A stretch of DNA of 45,601 bases from Gloeobacterales cyanobacterium ES-bin-141 (GTDB lineage: Bacteria; Cyanobacteriota; Cyanobacteriia; Gloeobacterales; Gloeobacteraceae): positions 1 through 45,601 of the forward strand of contig JACMIX010000046.1 in the NCBI GenBank assembly GCA_014380935.1, written 5' to 3'. The stretch's first letter is position 1; each line of letters opens with the position of its first letter. The position numbers and the translations under genes were made by a program. The notes under the pieces are model-generated. The model saw only the letters and a list, made by a program, of their open reading frames with translations. It did not search any database and was not told where the DNA came from. Below are positions 1-8,949 of the stretch, piece by piece.

Positions 1-1
1 A

Positions 2-889
2 GTGGACGGGGTGAGCAACACCCTCGCGGCCGCCCTGTGGGCAACGGACATGATGTTCGAGGCCGCCAACGTCGGGGCGGGCGGAGTCAACATCATCAGT
101 GGTTCTCAACCGAACATGACGCCGATGTACTTTGACGGTCACATCGACTACAAGGGCGTTGCGACCTACACCCCGCAGGTGTACCCGCTCTACTACGGGA
201 TGCTGCTGTTTGGCCAGGCAACGGCCAACCAGGGCTCGCTTGTGCCGGTGACAGTCGAGAAGACCGGCAACATGAAGGTCTGGGCCACTAAGGACAGCAC
301 CGGGGCAGTACGGGTAGTGGTGCTCAACAAGGACCAGTCCTTGAGCGGCAATGCGCGCATCAAGATAGCGAGCACGAGTGGTAGGGGCGAGCTGACGCGC
401 CTCAGTGCATCGTCTGTGAGTGCAAAGACCGGCCTGACGCTCGCGGGACAGACCTTTGATGGGACGCTGGACGGCAAGCCGATTGGGGCGTACACGAGTA
501 CGAGTATGAGTTCAAGCAACGGCACGTATGTGTTCTCGCTGCCCAAGGGCAGTGCCGCCATGCTTAAGCTGCAGCAAACCGGTGCGGCCGCCGTGCAGGT
601 CAATCTGACCCTGGACAAGAGCACCTACACAAAAGGTGAGCTGATGTATGCCCAGGCACTACCCTCTACGCAACCCACGCAGGTCAAGTTCTATATCGAC
701 AACGTGGAGGTGTGGCTCGATAAGGCCTCAACCTACTGGCTGGGAAGTGACACCAACACGGGCACGACCTCACAGCCCTATGGCTACAACACCAGTGGGC
801 TTACGGTCGGCAGCCACACCCTCAAGGCGATCGCCTTGGTCAACGGTGCGCAGTATACATCTACCACTCTCCAGTTCCAGGTGCAGTAA
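2..889 (+). CDS. 5'-truncated glycoside hydrolase, GH79-like (beta-glucuronidase/heparanase family) C-terminal region plus an extra Ig-like C-terminal domain
   Basis: The frame is open to the left edge, so the GTG at 2 is not a real start. Stop TAA is at 887-889. The pattern LWATDMMFEAANVGAGGVNI...KVWATKDSTGAVRVVVLNKD resembles the end of the GH79 barrel and its C-terminal beta-sandwich. The last ~95 aa look like a separate beta domain. A hairpin terminator follows. Confidence 0.5.
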   Translation: MDGVSNTLAAALWATDMMFEAANVGAGGVNIISGSQPNMTPMYFDGHIDYKGVATYTPQVYPLYYGMLLFGQATANQGSLVPVTVEKTGNMKVWATKDSTGAVRVVVLNKDQSLSGNARIKIASTSGRGELTRLSASSVSAKTGLTLAGQTFDGTLDGKPIGAYTSTSMSSSNGTYVFSLPKGSAAMLKLQQTGAAAVQVNLTLDKSTYTKGELMYAQALPSTQPTQVKFYIDNVEVWLDKASTYWLGSDTNTGTTSQPYGYNTSGLTVGSHTLKAIALVNGAQYTSTTLQFQVQ

Positions 890-932
890 CGGCACCGGTT
901 ACTGATAACCCGTGAGGGTACAGGAACAGTTC

Positions 933-966
933 TCAGGCCGGGTTTCGACCCGGCCTGATTCGTTTT
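933..966. terminator. Intrinsic terminator between convergent genes
   Basis: An 11-bp perfect stem TCAGGCCGGGT / ACCCGGCCTGA (933-943, 948-958) with a TTCG loop is followed by TTCGTTTT. It lies between the stop of the + strand hydrolase (889) and the stop of the - strand sulfotransferase (965). Confidence 0.7.
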
Positions 967-1963
967 AAACGTTGTAGCCCATTGCAATCATTGTTTCCGC
1001 GAACAGGGGCTGCAAGACTAGATGAACAGGGAAAGGCGGCTTGGGTGGAGCAGGAGAGAGAGTCTGGCGAGCGTACGAGAGAAACTTATCGTCCGGGGGC
1101 AACTCACAAAATTTCAACAACTCCGGCAGGCTCGTTTCCGGTTTTGAGACCATGTCTTCGTACCGCACCATGTGCACGCAGTCCGGTAGCTCGTTCAACA
1201 GGCGTAGACCCTGCCGCATGACCGCGATCCACTCGACGATGGCCATATCCGTATGGTCTGTCATCTTGACCACCTCATCGACAATACCTGCGAAGGCAGG
1301 ATCCGTCTTGACCACCTGCTCTACCAGCAAGTTCCACTTCCGGTTGTTTGCCCCCCACCAATCGTGAGTCTCCTGCTCAACAGCCATGCCTTCCCGATTG
1401 GACCATTGCTCAATCGAACGGCAGGTGTCCCAACCGTTGCGGACCAGCAAAATGAACCGGGCATCAGGAAAGATAGCGCGTACGAAGGGGACTCGAAAAA
1501 TGAGTTCCGGATACTTGTCCAGTACTCTTCTAGAAGCAACTGCCGTCAAGTACGCTCCGAATAGCCGATGGGCCGACTGGCGAACGTCGTCTGTCACCTC
1601 TTCCGCGCCCAGGCAGTAATGACCAACACCCCGGCTATAACTGCCAATGACATCTTCATAGGGGTAAATCGCGTGCCAGAGGGCCTTCGGCTCGTTCAAG
1701 AAACCAATCTGCTTATGCATCGACATCACAAGGCCCAGGATAGTAGTACCACTACGCCCGGTACCAAGAATAAAAATGGGCTTTTCTACCTGTCTGCTCT
1801 GGGGAAGACGCTTTTCTAGATTGAATAACGCAAACACCAGCGGGTTTATCCACCTGCCTTTGGTGACCAAAGGTCTTCCTTCAAACAGAGCGTAGCTCAG
1901 CAACCGGGACACGGCCTTAGCTGGCCGCGTCTTGATGTAAAGGGAATCCATCTGAGCAACCAT
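965..1963 (-). CDS. Sulfotransferase family protein (Sulfotransfer_3-like)
   Basis: PAPS-binding 5'-PSB-like motif GTGRSGTTILG and 3'-PB-like LLVRNGWDTCRS are present. The ORF-track start at 2002 is a TTG overlapping the upstream stop. ATG at 1963 has AGGA 6 nt upstream and avoids the overlap. Confidence 0.75.
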   Translation of the reverse strand: MVAQMDSLYIKTRPAKAVSRLLSYALFEGRPLVTKGRWINPLVFALFNLEKRLPQSRQVEKPIFILGTGRSGTTILGLVMSMHKQIGFLNEPKALWHAIYPYEDVIGSYSRGVGHYCLGAEEVTDDVRQSAHRLFGAYLTAVASRRVLDKYPELIFRVPFVRAIFPDARFILLVRNGWDTCRSIEQWSNREGMAVEQETHDWWGANNRKWNLLVEQVVKTDPAFAGIVDEVVKMTDHTDMAIVEWIAVMRQGLRLLNELPDCVHMVRYEDMVSKPETSLPELLKFCELPPDDKFLSYARQTLSPAPPKPPFPVHLVLQPLFAETMIAMGYNV

Positions 1964-1994
1964 ACTGCATCCTGCTGAAAGAATAATGTTGTGA

Positions 1995-2894
1995 TCAACC
2001 AAGCCACTTGGGGAGGTTGTTGTAGCCCCTGGCCAGGAGCTGAGCGGTCAGCCGCTTGTTGTAGGGGGCAAAGTACCCGCGCGCACGTACCAGTGTGCTA
2101 TCAGAAATGACCTCGCTCTGAGACTTTCCGTTTAAAGCATAGTAAAATTTTCTCCCGACTTCCTTGAGTGCCGGATAGGTTCTGAGGAATCTCTCACCGC
2201 TGGTATTGACTAGAAGAGCAGCCTGATGCAAGACCCCGCTTTTGTAGCTAACCGTCTTGTTCTCGACCCCCAGTTCGAGAGAGTTATACACAGAAGCGTC
2301 GATGTCCAGCCAGTCGCACAGTTCTTTTAACAGTAGAGAAGAATCGCTCTTTAATTGGTCGAAGAATAGAATCTTAAGAGAACTACCAAATGTATCAAAC
2401 CAGTCCTCCATATAATCGGCGTAGAACCCGCCCTGAACCCCCCAATACTGGTTATTTTCTCTGCGCTTTACGGCATGTGGGTCCATCGTTTCGCATGTGT
2501 TTATGTATTCTTCGAAAGATAAAGAACTATCCAGTTCCATCATGCTTTTTTTGAACTTGAAAAACGAGAGCAGACGGTCTGTCGGTTCCCTGAGAATAAT
2601 AATAATTTTCACATCACCGAGCTGACTTTTGATCGCCCTGGCAACAGCTGCACCCCCATAGAAATAGCCCGGGGTTGCCTCCATGATGTACTTTTGAGCG
2701 CCGCACTGTTTAAAGTTCTGGACATATTGCTCGAGCGGTTCTGGTTGCTCTCCGTACCTCAAAGGCAGGAAATAGCACGTCTCCTTTTTGCTGGAGGCGC
2801 AGACATCCGGGTGCGCAGACAGGTACGAAAACAGGGACGTCGTCCCTCCCTTGTTGACTCCTGCAATGATCAGATTGGGCAATTTGCTTGTCAT
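1995..2894 (-). CDS. Sulfotransferase (Sulfotransfer_1-like)
   Basis: ATG start at 2892-2894. It has 5'-PSB motif NKGGTTSLFSYL and 3'-PB motif ILREPTDRLLSFF. It is a clear paralog of the 5676..6620 product. Confidence 0.8.
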   Translation of the reverse strand: MTSKLPNLIIAGVNKGGTTSLFSYLSAHPDVCASSKKETCYFLPLRYGEQPEPLEQYVQNFKQCGAQKYIMEATPGYFYGGAAVARAIKSQLGDVKIIIILREPTDRLLSFFKFKKSMMELDSSLSFEEYINTCETMDPHAVKRRENNQYWGVQGGFYADYMEDWFDTFGSSLKILFFDQLKSDSSLLLKELCDWLDIDASVYNSLELGVENKTVSYKSGVLHQAALLVNTSGERFLRTYPALKEVGRKFYYALNGKSQSEVISDSTLVRARGYFAPYNKRLTAQLLARGYNNLPKWLG

Positions 2895-2896
2895 CT

Positions 2897-4096
2897 TTAC
2901 ATAACCTTACTGTAGACGTCCATGAGCCGGTGGTAGTGGGCTTCTGCACTGAACTGCATTTCTACCTTGCGCCTGCCTGCTTGCCCCATCTTTACTGCCT
3001 GGTCTCGGTGATCCGCCATCCATTGCAGACGGTCTTGCAGAGCTTCGACGTTACCGGGTTCAATCAAGAAGCCATCTGTGCCGTCGCAGACAACCTCCGT
3101 CATACCGCCTATGCGGCTGGCAATAACAGGACGTCCGTGTGCAAAGGATTCAATCAATGTCAGTCCAAAAGTTTCGTACCATTCGGAGGGCGAAATTGTG
3201 CAGATGGCCCCCCGGATCAAGTCGGTCAGGGCTTGCTCTCTCTGGTGACCCAAAATGCGCACGTGCTTCAGGTCGTGCTGCTGAACGTACTCTTCCACCT
3301 CTGCACGGGCCTTTCCATCCCCAACAATCAGCAAAGGTGTGCGTACCGACTGCATGGCTTTGAGCAGAGTGAAGATGCCCTTGAGCCGCTCGAGTCGGCC
3401 GAAATAGAGGAAGTATTCTCCAACTTCGCCGCAGGGCGAGATCCCGGACAGGTCCGTGAAGTTATGCACTGTCGTGACTTTGTGCGCAGGAACACCAAGC
3501 TCGATGACCTTGTTGCGCAAAAAATCGCTGACCGCGATGAAATGATCGACTTTGTCCACCGCCCCCAGCAGGGTGGACACGTAGGACTCCGCTGCACTGA
3601 GTACAGACCGGGCCAGAGACCCCTGGTTGCACCGCCTCGCCGCTACCTGCCAGAAGTTGTGACCTTCGCAGGCCTGGCAGATCTGGCCGTTCGAGAGGAG
3701 GGTGTAAACGGGGCAGACAATCTTGTACTCGTGCAGGGTCTGCACGACCGGAATTTTCGCCCTGCGCAGAGGTGCCAGGATAGAAGACGTCAGCTGACCA
3801 TAGTAGATGTGTAGATGGGCGATGTCAGGCCGGTGATCCGACAAGAGTCGTTGCAGTGCCTCGGCTGCGGGTCTGGAGTACAGGAAGCGGATGATATCGG
3901 CGGGGGTTGGGGAGTCAAAATTGACGGCATCCGGAAAATACGCGGACCAGTCAGTCGGCTGGTTCTTGGGATGATTGGCCGTGAAAGGTATGACCTGATG
4001 GCCCCTGGCCTCAAGCAACTCAGCCACAGAGAAGTAGTAGCGGTCTGAGCCCCCCCTGATGTAGTAGTTTTGCGAGACGTTGAGTACACTGAGCAT
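2897..4096 (-). CDS. Glycosyltransferase family 4 (GT-B, retaining type)
   Basis: C-terminal EX7E-type region EWYETFGLTLIESFAHGRPVIAS...DGTDGFLIEPGN. The ORF-track start at 4411 would overlap the upstream gene by 256 nt. ATG at 4094-4096 gives a typical N-terminus, MLSVLNVSQNYYIRGGSDRYY. Confidence 0.8.
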   Translation of the reverse strand: MLSVLNVSQNYYIRGGSDRYYFSVAELLEARGHQVIPFTANHPKNQPTDWSAYFPDAVNFDSPTPADIIRFLYSRPAAEALQRLLSDHRPDIAHLHIYYGQLTSSILAPLRRAKIPVVQTLHEYKIVCPVYTLLSNGQICQACEGHNFWQVAARRCNQGSLARSVLSAAESYVSTLLGAVDKVDHFIAVSDFLRNKVIELGVPAHKVTTVHNFTDLSGISPCGEVGEYFLYFGRLERLKGIFTLLKAMQSVRTPLLIVGDGKARAEVEEYVQQHDLKHVRILGHQREQALTDLIRGAICTISPSEWYETFGLTLIESFAHGRPVIASRIGGMTEVVCDGTDGFLIEPGNVEALQDRLQWMADHRDQAVKMGQAGRRKVEMQFSAEAHYHRLMDVYSKVM

Positions 4097-4155
4097 GGAA
4101 GGCCTGTTCGTCCGGTAGTTTAGATCAAGCTGAAAGCTGGAACATCCCTGCACAC

Positions 4156-5643
4156 CTATTTGAGACCCTGGGTTGCCCTTACAGACAGTGTGCCCTTCGC
4201 AGCCGGTCGATTCGCCAATCCAAACAACAAGCCCGGCAACAACCAGAAATAAGTGCCATAGATTCGGAACTCGAGCGAGCGATTGAAGAACATCACAAAG
4301 CTGGTTGCCACCACGACGTACATGACGATCAACGACAGTTGTTTGATCTGCCGGTCGTCGCTGGCTTTGTACAGAGATTGGGCGGCGGAGTAAGTTCTGT
4401 AGAACAGCCACATAATTACAAATAGACCCGCAAGACCATAGAAGGTCAGAATCGCTACCCAGTAGACGTCTTTGAAGCCCTCCTCAGTCCACACCTTGGT
4501 CAGATACTCGCTTCTGCTCAAGTTGATGTCCTCGATCGCACCAAGCTGATCAGGACCGTACCCCAGTAACGGCTTGTTCTCGATTACCACAGGTCCGACA
4601 CCAAAAATGGCCCCGAGACGCTGCGTCCTCGCCTGAGACACATAGGCGGGCGTGAAGACACCAAGGATGTCATCGATTGCACTTTGCTCGGTCATCCTCG
4701 CGTTGCCCTGGTAGCGAAGCGACAGTTGAGACAGCACAATCGGGGTGGTGATCATCAGCACGGCCAGGGTGACCAGGGCGAGAGCTTTTTTCAGATTGCT
4801 CAAAGATGCTGAAAAGTGCAGCGTGGCAATGATGAGAATCGCGAAGAAACAGGCTCGGACGTATGTGAGTACGATAGCAAAGGCGATCAACAGCATCAGG
4901 GCATAGGCAATATTTCTGCGGGTTTGTTTTGCCTTAGTATCCGGTTGATCGGTGCCTTTGAAAAATCCCGTGGCACCAATATGAAATTCTGCTAGTACAA
5001 GTATGAAAACGAGTACCATGTAGACCCCAAATAGAACGGTGTCGCCAGTCGTTCCGTAAATACTACCGATCTCCCTTCCGTACAGGAGAACGAAAGCCTT
5101 GGTCATGCCCCCGACTTCGATATCGGTCGCCCTCGGCAACAAGATGGGATCGAGTAGGCCTCGACTCACATACTGCAAAATACCTACACCTAGCTCCACG
5201 ACTCCCGCAATAATGGCAGCCCGAATGATCGTTCTTGACTGCTCGGAGGTCAGATCCATATTCACCGCCAGGTAATAAAGAGCGATGTAACGGATGAGCG
5301 GCCTCATATTGATCAGGCATTTAACGAGTGGTATACCGTTAACCAGGGCTGACAGGAGAGCAACGACGAAAAACAGAAAGATAGGCAGGTCAAGCGGCGT
5401 TCCCTGGAATGGCTTTCTCGACACTATCCTGTTGATCATCACCAGGGAAAAGATTGAATAAATCAACAATTCTCTGATGAACCGAGAGTAAAAATAGATA
5501 GAGTCGGGACCCGGTATAAATTTGAGGATAAAGTCTTCATACGGCGTAAAGATGACCAGGAGCAAGACCAGCAAGTACGGAATTCCTGCTACCTTCTTTT
5601 GTGGTAGGGTCGGACTCAACTCAACAGGAAAGGTGTTTTTCAT
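4156..5643 (-). CDS. Polytopic membrane protein, O-antigen polymerase/ligase (Wzy-like) family
   Basis: 495 aa with about 10 or more hydrophobic segments and a larger loop in the C-terminal third. ATG at 5641-5643. It sits among GT and sulfotransferase genes. The family assignment rests on architecture and context only. Confidence 0.6.
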   Translation of the reverse strand: MKNTFPVELSPTLPQKKVAGIPYLLVLLLVIFTPYEDFILKFIPGPDSIYFYSRFIRELLIYSIFSLVMINRIVSRKPFQGTPLDLPIFLFFVVALLSALVNGIPLVKCLINMRPLIRYIALYYLAVNMDLTSEQSRTIIRAAIIAGVVELGVGILQYVSRGLLDPILLPRATDIEVGGMTKAFVLLYGREIGSIYGTTGDTVLFGVYMVLVFILVLAEFHIGATGFFKGTDQPDTKAKQTRRNIAYALMLLIAFAIVLTYVRACFFAILIIATLHFSASLSNLKKALALVTLAVLMITTPIVLSQLSLRYQGNARMTEQSAIDDILGVFTPAYVSQARTQRLGAIFGVGPVVIENKPLLGYGPDQLGAIEDINLSRSEYLTKVWTEEGFKDVYWVAILTFYGLAGLFVIMWLFYRTYSAAQSLYKASDDRQIKQLSLIVMYVVVATSFVMFFNRSLEFRIYGTYFWLLPGLLFGLANRPAAKGTLSVRATQGLK

Positions 5644-5675
5644 AAGAAACCGAGGGGGGGAAGCGGATGCCTGTT

Positions 5676-6620
5676 CTATTTTGGACTGGTCTCACGACTG
5701 GAGGCTGCCTGCCACGGAATAGGTCTGCCAAGCAATTCGGACAGAGCCTGATTTTCCTGCTTGTAATAATCGTTCAGCATAGCCTTTACGGCCGGCGAGA
5801 ACTCGGGCTTCTCGAGCGGTTGCGCGTTCAGACGCAGGTAAAGGGGTTCAAATGCTGCCCGCATCGTCCTCAAGGCCGTACGAATGCCTGCCTGGTTATG
5901 CACAAAATTGCGCATCTTGAAACGGACTCGCGTATACATCTGGTGTAGACCCGGATTCTTCATGGCCTGGGTCGAGTTGAACACCTTGAAATCGTAACCG
6001 GTATAAAACTTTGAATCGATCCCGACAAACTTGCAGAGCGCGTCGAGCACCGATGCCGGATCTTTGGACAAGTCTTCATACAGAATAATGTGGATGTTTT
6101 CTTTGCCGAAGACCTCCAGGTACGGACGCAAATAGGTGTAGTAGCGTCCTTGCTCGAGGGCTCGCAGATGTTGTTTTGTCTTGGGGCTGTCGTTCTGGAG
6201 TTGCTGGTTGACGTACTCGTCGAGGGTGATGTCCTGGGACAGTTGGCCAATTTGTTGGGCGAATGTGTACCAGGAGATAATCCGCGAGGTTGGCTCACGC
6301 AGGATGAAGACCAATTTAACCGCAGGCAAGGAGTCTTGTAGACTCTTGGGAGTAACCGATGAGTAGAGGTAATCGGGTGTGGCTTCAAGGCGTACGCGTG
6401 TATCCTGACACTCGCAGAAAAACTCTTCGTATTTTGCCAACCCATCCTCAAGCCGATACTTTGAGGGCAACGGATAGTCAGAATCCAGAAAGAAGCGTGT
6501 CTCTTTGATGTTTGCTCCGCAAACCTGCGGGTGTTCCTTTAAGTAGGCGAACAGCGAGGTTGTCGCGGCCTTGGTCGTGCCGCCTATGATTAAGTACAAA
6601 TGATCGTCTGACTTCGGCAT
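5676..6620 (-). CDS. Sulfotransferase (Sulfotransfer_1-like)
   Basis: 5'-PSB motif TTKAATTSLFAYL and 3'-PB motif ILREPTSRIISWY. ATG at 6618-6620 directly abuts the rfbD stop codon (TAG ATG on the minus strand). Confidence 0.8.
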   Translation of the reverse strand: MPKSDDHLYLIIGGTTKAATTSLFAYLKEHPQVCGANIKETRFFLDSDYPLPSKYRLEDGLAKYEEFFCECQDTRVRLEATPDYLYSSVTPKSLQDSLPAVKLVFILREPTSRIISWYTFAQQIGQLSQDITLDEYVNQQLQNDSPKTKQHLRALEQGRYYTYLRPYLEVFGKENIHIILYEDLSKDPASVLDALCKFVGIDSKFYTGYDFKVFNSTQAMKNPGLHQMYTRVRFKMRNFVHNQAGIRTALRTMRAAFEPLYLRLNAQPLEKPEFSPAVKAMLNDYYKQENQALSELLGRPIPWQAASSRETSPK

Positions 6621-7517
6621 CTAATTTACCTCAGTGTTGCTGCTCATGTCTTGAAACACCTGTCCTAGACCTACCTGCCATTCCGTCAAGCTTAATCCAA
6701 ACGTACCGGACAGCTTTGCACAGTTGAGTGAAGAATATGCCGGTCGTCGCGCGGCAGTTGGATACTCCTCGGTGGTAATGGGTAAGAGTCTTTGCAGACG
6801 TTGCTTATCTCGGCGGGGATCACCTTCGACAATTGCCCTGGCAAAGCCGTACCAGGTCGTCTGCCCACTTGCGGTCAGGTGATACAGACCACCCTGGTGC
6901 CGCAGCAGTTCTACAGGGTTGCCGCCCTGGAGAATCTGTGCTGTCAGATTAGCGATCAGGGGACTGGAGGTCGGGGCACCTGTCTGGTCATCGACAACTT
7001 TGAGCTCTTCGCGATCGTGGGCAAGACGCAAAATAGTCAGCAGGAAATTTTTGCCCGAACAATCGTAGACCCAGCTTGTCCTCAAGATTAAATAGGGTGC
7101 GCCAACCGCCTGTACTGCCTGCTCTCCAGCCAGTTTCGTCCGGCCGTATACACCCGTGGGGTCCGGGCTGTCCGACTCGTCGTAGGGACTTGCTTTTTTG
7201 CCGTCAAATACATAGTCCGTCGAATAATGCACGATTGCCGCACCGAGTCGTCCGGCTTCTTCTGCCATGATCCCGGGTGCAACCGCGTTGATCGCGTGTG
7301 CTAGATCAGGCTCGCTCTCGGCTTTATCAACAGCAGTATAAGCAGCCGCGTTGACGATTAGGTCCGGTTTGACTGCACGGACGGTGCGAACAATACTATC
7401 CGGTTGAGCAAGATCAACAACCTCCCGGCCCACAGCAACAACTTCACCCAGGGGAGCGAGTGTTCGTTGCAGTCGCCGGCCCACCTGGCCGTCTTTTCCG
7501 GTCAGAAGAATCTTCAA
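6621..7517 (-). CDS. rfbD: dTDP-4-dehydrorhamnose reductase
   Basis: N-terminal Rossmann motif [13 protein letters not shown] and an RmlD-like sequence throughout. TTG start at 7515-7517 overlaps the rfbC stop (TTGA). Confidence 0.9.
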   Translation of the reverse strand: MKILLTGKDGQVGRRLQRTLAPLGEVVAVGREVVDLAQPDSIVRTVRAVKPDLIVNAAAYTAVDKAESEPDLAHAINAVAPGIMAEEAGRLGAAIVHYSTDYVFDGKKASPYDESDSPDPTGVYGRTKLAGEQAVQAVGAPYLILRTSWVYDCSGKNFLLTILRLAHDREELKVVDDQTGAPTSSPLIANLTAQILQGGNPVELLRHQGGLYHLTASGQTTWYGFARAIVEGDPRRDKQRLQRLLPITTEEYPTAARRPAYSSLNCAKLSGTFGLSLTEWQVGLGQVFQDMSSNTEVN

Positions 7518-8071
7518 GGCTGATACCTGGGTAACTTTGCCGGCTCAATAGCAGCCAGGGTCAGGTTTTTCTGGTCCTTGGCAGACAGAGCAACGTCTTG
7601 AAGCGGCCAGGTTATCCCAATTTGCGGGTCATTCCAGGCTACCCCTCCCTCGTCTTCGGGATGGTAAAAGTCTCCGCATTTGTAGACAAATTCGGCTGTC
7701 TCGGACAACACGACAAAACCATGTGCGAAGCCAGCTGGAATGTAGATCTGATGTTTGTTCTCAGCCGAAAGTACAACACCTACCCATTTGCCGAAGTTTG
7801 GCGAGCCGTGGCGGATATCGACTGCCACATCGAAGACCTCGCCCTGGACAACGCAGCAGAGCTTGGATTGGGGATAGTTCAGCTGATAGTGCAAACCCCT
7901 CAGGACACCCTTTACCGAGCGAGAGCGGTTGTCCTGGACAAAGGTATCCGGGATTCCCATCTCGGCAAACCTGGTTTGGTGATAACTTTCGAAGAAAAAG
8001 CCCCGGTCATCACCGAACACCTTTGGCTCTACTAGGCAGACTTCTGGTAGCGCAGTTTCAATACGTCTCAT
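7514..8071 (-). CDS. rfbC: dTDP-4-dehydrorhamnose 3,5-epimerase
   Basis: Canonical RmlC cupin sequence ([16 protein letters not shown]...LRGLHYQ...GFAHGF). The ATG overlaps the rfbA stop (ATGA). Confidence 0.92.
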   Translation of the reverse strand: MRRIETALPEVCLVEPKVFGDDRGFFFESYHQTRFAEMGIPDTFVQDNRSRSVKGVLRGLHYQLNYPQSKLCCVVQGEVFDVAVDIRHGSPNFGKWVGVVLSAENKHQIYIPAGFAHGFVVLSETAEFVYKCGDFYHPEDEGGVAWNDPQIGITWPLQDVALSAKDQKNLTLAAIEPAKLPRYQP

Positions 8072-8949
8072 CTTAGTTGCTCGTCGTCTTTGATCAGATT
8101 GGTCAAGTACTGCGCGTAGTCAGTATTTCCCAATCTCTTGGCCTGGGCCAGCACTCGGTCAGCGCAAATGTAACCAAGTTGATAGGCGATTTCCTCAAGA
8201 CAGGCAACTTTGAGTCCCTGGCGCTGTTCGATAGTCTGGATAAAGTTTCCGGCCTGCAATAGAGACTCGTGCGTTCCGGTGTCGAGCCAGGCAATGCCCC
8301 TTCCCATACGTTCGACTTTGAGCTTGGCTTCTTGCAAGTAATAGTTGTTGACTTCGGTAATTTCCAGCTCGCCGCGCCAGGATGGTTTGACCTGCGTGGC
8401 GATGTCGGTGATGTATTTATCGTAAAAATACAGGCCCACCACGGCGTAATTGGACTTGGGAGCTTTCGGTTTTTCCTCTATACAGAGCACACAGCCATCT
8501 TTGTCGTACTCAATGACCCCATAGCGTTCTGGGTCCTTGACGTAGTACCCGAAGATCGTCGCACCACTCGTTCGCTCGGCAGCACGACGGAGCATCTCGG
8601 TCAGTCCGTAGCCGTGGAAAATGTTGTCGCCCAAGATTAAGCAGGCAGCTTCGCCAGCTAGAAAGTCGCGTCCGATGATAAAAGCCTGGGCAAGCCCGTC
8701 AGGACTCGGCTGCACAGCATACTGGAGGTTCAGGCCGTACAGGCTACCGTCTCCGAGCAAGCGCTCGTACTGTGGCAAATCAATCGGTGTCGAGATGAGC
8801 AAAATATCCCGGATCCCCGCGAGCATCAAGACCGAGAGGGGGTAATAAATCATTGGCTTGTCGTAAACAGGTAGAAGCTGCTTGCTCACCCCATTGGTAA
8901 TTGGGTAGAGCCGCGATCCCTTACCTCCGGCTAGAATAATACCTTTCAC
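8068..8949 (-). CDS. rfbA: Glucose-1-phosphate thymidylyltransferase
   Basis: [18 protein letters not shown] nucleotidyltransferase motif and RmlA-like sequence throughout. The GTG start overlaps the rfbB stop (GTGA). Confidence 0.95.
   Translation of the reverse strand: MKGIILAGGKGSRLYPITNGVSKQLLPVYDKPMIYYPLSVLMLAGIRDILLISTPIDLPQYERLLGDGSLYGLNLQYAVQPSPDGLAQAFIIGRDFLAGEAACLILGDNIFHGYGLTEMLRRAAERTSGATIFGYYVKDPERYGVIEYDKDGCVLCIEEKPKAPKSNYAVVGLYFYDKYITDIATQVKPSWRGELEITEVNNYYLQEAKLKVERMGRGIAWLDTGTHESLLQAGNFIQTIEQRQGLKVACLEEIAYQLGYICADRVLAQAKRLGNTDYAQYLTNLIKDDEQLR

Noticed and set aside
2888-3814. 308-aa + strand ORF.
   Set aside because: It is antisense to the GT4 gene, which has clear family motifs. 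It has no recognisable motifs and looks like a typical shadow ORF.
4097-4411. N-terminal 105-aa extension of the GT4 ORF in the track (start at 4411).
   Set aside because: It would overlap the 3' end of the upstream Wzy-like gene by 256 nt. It has no GT-like sequence. The ATG at 4096 yields a typical GT4 N-terminus.
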